A stretch of DNA of 29,798 nucleotides from Chiloscyllium plagiosum (lineage: Eukaryota). The position numbers and the translations under genes were made by a program. Positions 22,561 to 29,798 of this stretch are shown here, in pieces. The notes under the pieces were generated by a model, which saw nothing but the letters and a program-made list of their open reading frames with translations, searched no databases and was not told the DNA's origin. Location of the stretch: contig NC_057751.1 in assembly GCF_004010195.1 (NCBI RefSeq), positions 12,788,908 to 12,818,705 on the forward strand, in the 5' to 3' direction. Position 1 is the first letter of the stretch. Each line of letters begins with the position of its first letter.

Positions 22561-24397
22561 TGCATTAACAATAATTACTGCTGACTCGGATTTGAAAAAT
22601 AAATTTTCAACTGAAAACATACAAATAAAATTTGACATACTTGGTTGCCTATATTTGTGCTATTTGCCCATTTGCATTTTTTCTATTTTTTACAATTTAC
22701 AATTAAATATCTGATTGGCAACATAACAGATGAGTGCTTATACCATTGTGTATTTTTGCTGAATGAGATTTCATAGACACTGCAGGACCAGTTTATCAGA
22801 AGGTATAATACATCAGTATTCTGGATTGGAGACATTCCACAGGAATCATCTGAAACTGGCATGTTGTATGCAGCTTCAGATCAGCTGGTCATTAAATCCA
22901 GGATCTGATAATTTAATTCCATTGACTGCAATGGAACTCTGTTACGGTGCTTGAGCTTTCACTGTGAGATAAAACTTGGCACTCACTGTCACTATCCAAG
23001 CTTCTGTTAAAACAAATGTTGTTAGTGTATGCAGGATACTGTCATCAATACTGTTGCAATCTGTGCTTGCAGTTATGACTCCACATTTCCCTTGGAGATG
23101 TGCTTTAATTGTTTTTTAAAAAAATTTTCCATTTGTGCTTTTGGGCACTGAAAGGAAATCAGATAAATACAGGCTGTTAGCTATTGAGGATGATGAGTCT
23201 TATCCTCAAGATAACAACGCAGATTATTTATTTGATTAAGGAAATTAACATTTAATGCAAGTCACCTTCAGTTCTCCAGGGGTCTATTAACCAGCACAGC
23301 TGTTAGACACAGCACTGGCAGAGCGAGTGGAATGAAGTCATAATGGAACTAGCATTAGTTTGGGAGATTGGGGAAAGTGTTGATTTAATGACACCCATGC
23401 ATATAAATGTTTTAACATTTGTCAAAGGTCATTTGTCAGAGAAAATCATGTTTAATATTCAGTGTCAGGGCCTATTTTGGTAATAATTGTTTATAAACGT
23501 CAGACTTTAATTTCCGATCACCAGGTATTTGCAGGGACAAACATTGCCACTGCCACTAAAATTCTATTTGGATAATATTGAGTCCAGTGTTTCAGTGGAG
23601 ATCTTTTGTACATGCAGGAGACCATCTTCAGCACTGTTTTGATTTATCTTGTAATTAATTCAATACATCACAATTTCTCTTGAAGATCTATCATTGCTCA
23701 TGTGGATCATATAAAACATCTACTATTGTATCAACAAGTTGTTTCTTTGCAGTTTCTTTGTAAAAACCATTGCTGTTTACATTCATCAGAACAGAAAGCA
23801 TGCCAGTAAATTGAATCTATTGCAGTTTTTATGTGGCTTTTGTTATCACTTCAAATTGCCTGAAATTAAGCTCTGCAGTTGGTTAGGACGGAAGACATGC
23901 ATCAGTTGTCAGTGTCATTAATTCACAGACTTCCTGACTTGTGCAGAACATGTCTAACGACAACAAGTTCATTGAAAATGAAATTTGTAGTGTTACTGCT
24001 TTAAGAGCTATGTCTGCTAATAAGTCAAGGACCAGGATGATACCACATGACCAGCAGCAATAATAACTCCAGTTATTAACAGTTCAATAAAGAATTGCAT
24101 ACAAATTACAAGGTAACTGCAAATTATCAGTCTGTCATGAACCTGTGCTACTTACCAGTCCAGTATGAGCATGGTAATTCTGTGTTTAGAAACACAACAC
24201 AATCATATGACAAAATTGTCTGCAGGTAAGAGTAACTCCTTTTTCAAGGAATATACAATCTGATTCTGATTCACCCATCAAATTTACCACCTGTTTAAAG
24301 CTGCTCACCTTCAGGTTGACACTATGCTCAAGGAGATGAATATACCTCTAGAACCAGTGGCATACTGTCATGGGAAGACAATGTAGTTGACAGTGGC

Positions 24398-24543
24398 ATG
24401 AGGTATTGCACATGGATAGCAATGAATTGAGGGGTGCATAGGTTAAGTTACTATATTTTACATTAGGATTAAATCTTGGAACAACATCGTGGGTCAAAGG
24501 GCCTGTTCTGTGCTGTACTTTTCTATGTTCTATGTTCTATATG
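24398..24543 (+). mobile_element. CR1-like LINE 3' tail
   Basis: CAACATCGTGGGTCAAAGGGCCTGTTCTGTGCTGTAC followed by (TTCTATG)n. Confidence 0.8.
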
Positions 24544-26962
24544 AAGAGCCTTTATACAGGAGCAAACCGACTCAGTCTGAACCTGAGAATCTCATGGAAC
24601 ACACACTCCACTAAAGCACTGTTTTTGAACATTTATTGAGACATTAAAGTCCTTTCCTTTCTTCGTGGCATTTTCTGGTGCTACAAGTAAAAAATAAAAA
24701 CAAAAAAAAATCACCCTAGGCTTGCAACACATGCTGAGTCTAGTAAGAATGTAACAGTTGTAGGTTTTTGAAATATTGACACAGGATGAAACAGTAGTGG
24801 TACACATTTCCTCAATAGAATGTAAGCAGTTATGAATGGATAAACATAGTTTGTTTGTTCCCTAATATTATTCTTTTTTGAAGCCACAAGCTGTAATAGT
24901 CTGGATTGTAAGAGATTTATTTGTTCTTCTCTCTCCAAATAGGGGTAACAGAAAAGTATTGTCATCCAGTAAACAAAATCTTCTTGTTTGGCTTGTGTTG
25001 ATGAATTTATAGGTAGTTGGTGAATTGGTAGCCAGTTTTTAATTTAAGAAGTAATAGATCTCTTGTAAGTACCTGAAGGAATACAGAACACAAGAAGGTA
25101 TTCAAGACTGGTGTGTTTAATGAAGTGCCTAACTCTTGACATCTGTCTATTGTAAAGTGGAAAAACACTCAGATAATTATACTCAAGACAACAGCCATGA
25201 AGTCTCTTTGCTCAAGAGATTTTTAATTAGTCTTTGCCTGAAAGGTCTTCACACTGAAGCAAGTAATAGTATCCTTCAAAATTCATCTGTTCACGTGGGA
25301 CAAAACTAAGAATTGATCTTGTGTGAACCAATTAATAGGTTGAAGCTCCCAAAACTCTTGTAAAATGCTCTGCCACACTGGGTACTGTGTGTTCCAAGTC
25401 CATCTGCTGGTATGTGTTGAGTTAACTGATGAAAGCCTAAATTGACAAGAGGTTGATGTAGTTTGCATAGATGAGCAAGATGACAAGTCAAGGAAGGTTG
25501 GCTGCTCCTGTTCACCATTAGCATCTATTGGAAAGAGAATATTTCTGGATGTCTCTGGATGTGGCATGGTGGTAGTGTCCTTGTGATCCCATGAGAAGGG
25601 TGCCTGAGAGCCTGGTTGTATAACTCATAAGATGACAAGTGGAAGATTGTGTTAGAAAATTTGCCGTGAGTCACAATTAATTGGGTACCATGAATCTCAC
25701 TCCACAAAACAAGTGAACTGAAAATATAAAATTCTGCCTGGTGATTCTTTGAACACAACCATTTTGCTGTATTATATTGAAGTACTTGCTTTAAAAATTT
25801 AATTGCACTGAGACTTGCACTGTGCTTTCTTTTTCTTTTAATACATTTTTTGATGTACATATAAATCACATTAAAAATTTAAAAGCTTCTTCCATTGCAA
25901 AATTTGAATGAAGCTGCGCCTGAGGTTTATGAGTGATGGTTAAAGCAATGGAAATTTAAATTCAGTGCTTGCCTTGGTCGTGGATTATTTAATCTCATTC
26001 CAGGTTCAGCACCATTCTGCTAATATTCACAGGATATTTATGTGTAATTTAGCAGGGTCATGATATTTTTGGATCTAACTTCCAAATCGCCCAGATGAAA
26101 CCCAAGGACATGAATGTTTACAAGTCCTGGAAATGAAAAATCAGCCACAGTGAAGGGTGTGCTGCGGAAAATGTGGTTAACATGACCTGAGGGAGGAAGC
26201 TGCAACCACTCTATGTATCACAGAAGAAACAGGTGGAACTAGATTCCATCCCAGGTTTCTTCCACTTACCCAGTCTTGGAAGGAATGTTGTGTCACTTGC
26301 TTCTGCTGCAAGTGACTTGCTTTCATTGCTATTTTTGGAATGATATTTGGTAATACACCAAATATCTCTTGGTGCTTTCTCTTTCTGAGGTGACTGGCTA
26401 CAAGTCTGCTTGGTTGGGTGAGTGTCCTGCATCTGTCACACAACAGGTTGGTGTCTGTTTATTTTTCTCAAAGTGTATCACTTTCTTAAGATATTCAAGT
26501 GCAGATGCCAAAGTGCATGCCTGCTTCACCATCTCTCTGTGTGTCCTGATAGTGCAGATATCTTGGTCAACTTTTACTACATTACTGAGTTTTGTAATAT
26601 CTCTTATATACTCTGGAGATCCAAGATCTGGTCACTCATCTATGATTAGAGAAGCAGTGTTTCAAATTCTAGTAGGATCTGGGTACCCCACTGCATTCTT
26701 CTCTCCAGTCACGAAAACATCCATTCAGAACCATGCTCTGCCTTATCACCACATCAAGTTATAATCATGATTTTTAATATCATTTGCTTTAATTTTACAA
26801 ATATGATTGACATGTGATACATTATCAAGTGCTCTTTGACTGTCCATACATTCAGTACCTACTGCACTACCTTCATCAACACTGTCTGTTACCAATGAAA
26901 AGAATTCCATTCATCTCTTCTATTAGCATTCCAGTTGCACAATGCGGTGCTTACGACTGCAC

Positions 26963-27548
26963 TTTTTTTTTGTTATTTGTCCATGGGATGTGGGGGGTCA
27001 CTGGCTGGGCTAATATTCATCACTCATTCCTATTTGCCCTCGAGAAGATGGTGGTGTACTGTCGTCTTGAACCATTGCAGTCTGTTTGATGTGGGGGTGG
27101 GGAGGGAGTTCCATAATTTTGAACAAACAACAGTAAAGGAATAGCTATAGAGTTCCAAGTTAGAATCTTGTGTGGCTTGCTGGGATGCTTGTAATTGGTG
27201 GCATTCCCATGCATCTGCTGGCCTTGTTGTTCTAGATGGAGTTGTAAGGTGTTGATGAAACAGCAATAATAAGTTATCACATTTCATCATCTAGATAATA
27301 CACACTGCGACCACTGTGCAACTGTGGTGGTGAGTTAATGTTGAAGGTTATGAATATGATGTCAATCAAGCAGGCTAGTTTATCCTGGATGTTGATGAGA
27401 TTTTGAATGTTACTGGAGCTGCACCCATCCAGGCAAGTGGGGAGTATTCCATCATACAGCTGATATGTGCCTTGTAGATGGGGAAGAGATTTTGGGGAGA
27501 CAGGAGATGAGATACTCGTCACAAGATTCCTAGGCTTTAATCTGTACT
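26963..27548 (-). mobile_element. Degenerate LINE 3' end (CR1-superfamily-like, 'family B')
   Basis: Homologous by eye to 5288-5650, 8840-9330 and 16455-17580 (LWNSLP; tail TTCAAGA..GCAG..CACCACCA.CTTCTC.AGGGCAA.TAGG). T-tract at the left end. Confidence 0.75.
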
Positions 27549-27550
27549 TC

Positions 27551-28082
27551 GAGGAGAAAGTGAGGACTGCAGATGCTGGAGATCAGAGCTGAAAATGTGT
27601 TGCTGGAAAAGCTCAGCAGGTCAGGCAGCATCCAAGGAGCAGGAGAATCGACGTTTCGGGCATGAGCCCTTCTTCAGGAATGAGGAAAGTGTGTCCAGCA
27701 GGCTAAGATAAAAGGTAGGGAGGAGGGACTTGGGGGAGGGGCGTTGGAAATGCGATAGGTGGAAGGAGGTTAAGGTGAGGGTGATAGGCCGGAGAGGGGG
27801 TGGGGGCGGAGAGGTCAGGAAGAAGATTGCAGGTTAGGAAGGTGGTGCTGAGTTCGAGGGTTGGGACTGAGACAAGGTGGGGGGAGGGGAAATGAGGAAA
27901 CTGGAGAAATTGGAGTTTATCCCTTGTGGTTGGAGGGTTCCTAGGCGGAAGATGAGGTGCTCTTCCTCCAGCTATCGTGTTGCTATAGTCTGGCGATGGA
28001 GGAGTCCAAGGACCTGCATGTTCTTGGTAGAGTGGGAGGGGGAGTTGAAGTGTTGAGCCACAGGGTGGTTGGGTTGGTTGGC
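27551..28082 (-). mobile_element. Penelope-like retroelement 3' end (GIY-YIG C-terminus plus terminal repeat)
   Basis: The minus strand translates ANQPNHPVAQHFNSPSHSTKNMQVLGLLHRQTIATR*LEEEHLIFRLGTLQPQGINS (PVAxHFN ... E..I..LGTLxPxGIN motif of PLE GIY-YIG; one stop at 27974-27972). A C/T-rich tract and the tail CTGAAGAAGG...CGAAACGTC...GATGCTGCCTGACCTGCTG...TCCAGCA follow. Confidence 0.88.
27645..27682 (-). ncRNA. Minimal hammerhead ribozyme motif in the Penelope terminal repeat
   Basis: CUGAAGA (27677-27671), A, stem GGGC-UCAU-GCCC, GAAA (27657-27654), CGUC. Conserved core and stem II are intact; helix III is reduced to palindromic ACGU; helix I is weak. Confidence 0.7.
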
Positions 28083-29798
28083 CACACAGCTCCACGTCAC
28101 TGGGAGCAGCGACCCTCTGACAGCCCCGCTGTCAGATATAGAAACAGACAGCGTGGACCCTGGTCTCGGCCCGATGACACCGAAGTGGGCAAATGGGCCG
28201 AGTGAGGAACTGGACAGCTACCTCAGCCCTGCGAGGGTCCAGCAGTTTGCGTGCTGCATGGGGATGCAGACAGCTACCCTAGAGGGGCAGGACCAGCAAC
28301 AATTGGACATGGGTAACCTTACAACCTGTTAACAAAATGGGATTTAAAATTGCAACTATTAATGTGCGCAGCATAAAATCTGCTGCGCGATGTGTTTCAA
28401 CACTGGCCTTCCTGGCCAACGTGAAAGCCGATGTCCTGTTTCTGCAGGAGTGTGGGATACTGCACCTCAGCAGTTACAGGAGATGGACGAGCTTGTGGGC
28501 CCATGGGCCGTCAGTGTGGTCGGGGAGTAACGATAACAGCTCCACGGGCCTGGGTATTCTGTTACGGGGAGGCAACTTCACCATCTCCGAGGTTAAGGAG
28601 GTGGTGGACGGGTGCCTCCTCGTCGCTGATGTTACATACAGAAACGCTCCAGTGAGACTAATCAACATGTACGCCCCAGCGGGTAAGAGTGAACGGTTGG
28701 CCGTCCTGCAACAGCTTCCACTGTTGCTGGCTACGTCCAGGCCGGTCATTCTGGCCGGAGACTTCAACTGTATCATCGATGCAGATGGACGATCCGGAGG
28801 GGGGGAGAGTAAACTGGACGCCACGTCCAGAGTCCTGATGGACACGGTCAAAGACCCCAAGCTGCACGACGTCTTCAGCACCCCTGCAGACGGAGCGCAG
28901 CGTAGATATACATGGTCACGGGCAGACGGGTCTATCCGCTCAAGGATAGATTACCTGTTTGTGTCCCGAACGCTCTCGGTCAGATCCACCGACGTCAAGC
29001 CGGTGTTCTTCTCTGACCACTGCCTCCTGCTGGCCGACTGTCACCTACAGGACGAGCAGCGGGCTGGTAAGGGAACGTGGAAACTGAACACCAAGCTGTT
29101 GACCCCGGGAAACATTGAGAAGCTCAAGAGGGACTACGCAGGTTGGAGAACCGTGAAGCCCCTCTTTGAGTCTCCAGCAGACTGGTGGGAAACAGTAAAA
29201 GGGAACATCAAGAGGTTCTTCATCCTCAAAGGTGCTCAGGAGGCGAGAGAGAGGCGGGGAAAACTGTCCCAGCTCCAGGAAAGTATGCAGAACCTGCTCC
29301 TGCTGCAGACGTTGGGGGTCGATGTCACGGAGGACCTCAAGGAGGTGAAGGGCCAGCAAGCCTCCCTCTTTGCTTCGGAGGCCTCCAAGATAATCTTCCG
29401 GTCCAGGGTCCGCTCGGTGGAGCAGGACGAGACGTGCTCACGTTTCTTCTTCCAGAAGGTGCACAAAGAGAGCCCCGTGCTCAGCAGCCTGAAGGAAGAA
29501 GATGGCGCGATAACGTCATCTCAGGCTGACGTCATGAGGATCAGCAAATCCTTCTATGCCAGTCTGTATGACGCAAAGCCGACCGACAGCGCGGCCTCCC
29601 AGTCGTCCCTGTCCTCTATCACGGAGGTCCTAGACGACGGAACACGAGAGAGGCTGGACCAACCGCTAGCTCTGGATGAGCTGACCAAGGCCCTCGAGTC
29701 CTTCGAAAAGAATAAAACTCCCGGAAGCGACAACTTACCGGTCGAACTCTATTCCGCTCTGTGGGACTTGATTGGCCAGGACCTGCTGGAGGTGTATG
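28083..29798 (+). mobile_element. Young 5'-truncated Tx1-like LINE (ORF1 C-terminal tail plus ORF2)
   Basis: Abrupt switch from Penelope sequence to CpG-rich sequence near 28083. An open frame (...YLSPARVQQFACCMGMQ...TTC*) ends TAA at 28330-28332, 4 nt before the ORF2 ATG. Confidence 0.85.
28337..29798 (+). CDS. Tx1-clade (L1 group) non-LTR retrotransposon ORF2: APE endonuclease, linker and start of RT; truncated by window end
   Basis: Hand translation is open to the end: MGFKIATINVRSIK...VLFLQECG...LINMYAP...ILAGDFNC...YTWSR...SRIDYLFVS...FFSDHCLL...GKGTWKLN...EQDETCSRFFFQK...KNKTPGSDNLPVELYSALWDLIG. All APE catalytic motifs are present. Confidence 0.95.
   Translation, partial: MGFKIATINVRSIKSAARCVSTLAFLANVKADVLFLQECGILHLSSYRRWTSLWAHGPSVWSGSNDNSSTGLGILLRGGNFTISEVKEVVDGCLLVADVTYRNAPVRLINMYAPAGKSERLAVLQQLPLLLATSRPVILAGDFNCIIDADGRSGGGESKLDATSRVLMDTVKDPKLHDVFSTPADGAQRRYTWSRADGSIRSRIDYLFVSRTLSVRSTDVKPVFFSDHCLLLADCHLQDEQRAGKGTWKLNTKLLTPGNIEKLKRDYAGWRTVKPLFESPADWWETVKGNIKRFFILKGAQEARERRGKLSQLQESMQNLLLLQTLGVDVTEDLKEVKGQQASLFASEASKIIFRSRVRSVEQDETCSRFFFQKVHKESPVLSSLKEEDGAITSSQADVMRISKSFYASLYDAKPTDSAASQSSLSSITEVLDDGTRERLDQPLALDELTKALESFEKNKTPGSDNLPVELYSALWDLIGQDLLEVY

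Noticed and set aside
25283..26764. ORFs of 70-131 aa in AT-rich upstream DNA
   Set aside because: No recognisable homology or supported exon structure; lengths are compatible with chance.
28431..29529. Several short ORFs in the track within the Tx1 element
   Set aside because: Off-frame or antisense shadows of ORF2.

Overview
Eukaryotic (vertebrate) genomic DNA, not prokaryotic. The repeat content points to a cartilaginous fish, probably a shark (inference): an HE1-like V-SINE, Deu-domain SINEs, CR1/HER1-like LINE tails, Penelope tails and Tx1 LINEs. The only host gene I can support is coding exon 1 (N-terminus to the DR of DRY) of a tachykinin receptor on the minus strand (14536-14151). 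It is most like TACR1/NK1R (Glu at TM2 position 2.50) and has a CRE+TATA-like promoter at ~14840-14868 and two uORFs in the predicted 5' UTR. Everything to its left is probably intron 1 (I did not find exon 2). Everything to its right is upstream sequence filled with retroelement fragments. The window ends in a nested stack: an old LINE, then a Penelope 3' end with a minimal hammerhead-ribozyme motif, then a young 5'-truncated Tx1-clade LINE whose ORF2 is open for 487 codons to the window edge (absent from the ORF track). I found no convincing wholly new system. The best leads are the Tx1/Penelope junction, the hammerhead motif, and the receptor's paralog identity and promoter. Repeat family names come from recalled motifs, not database searches, and boundaries of degenerate repeats are approximate.
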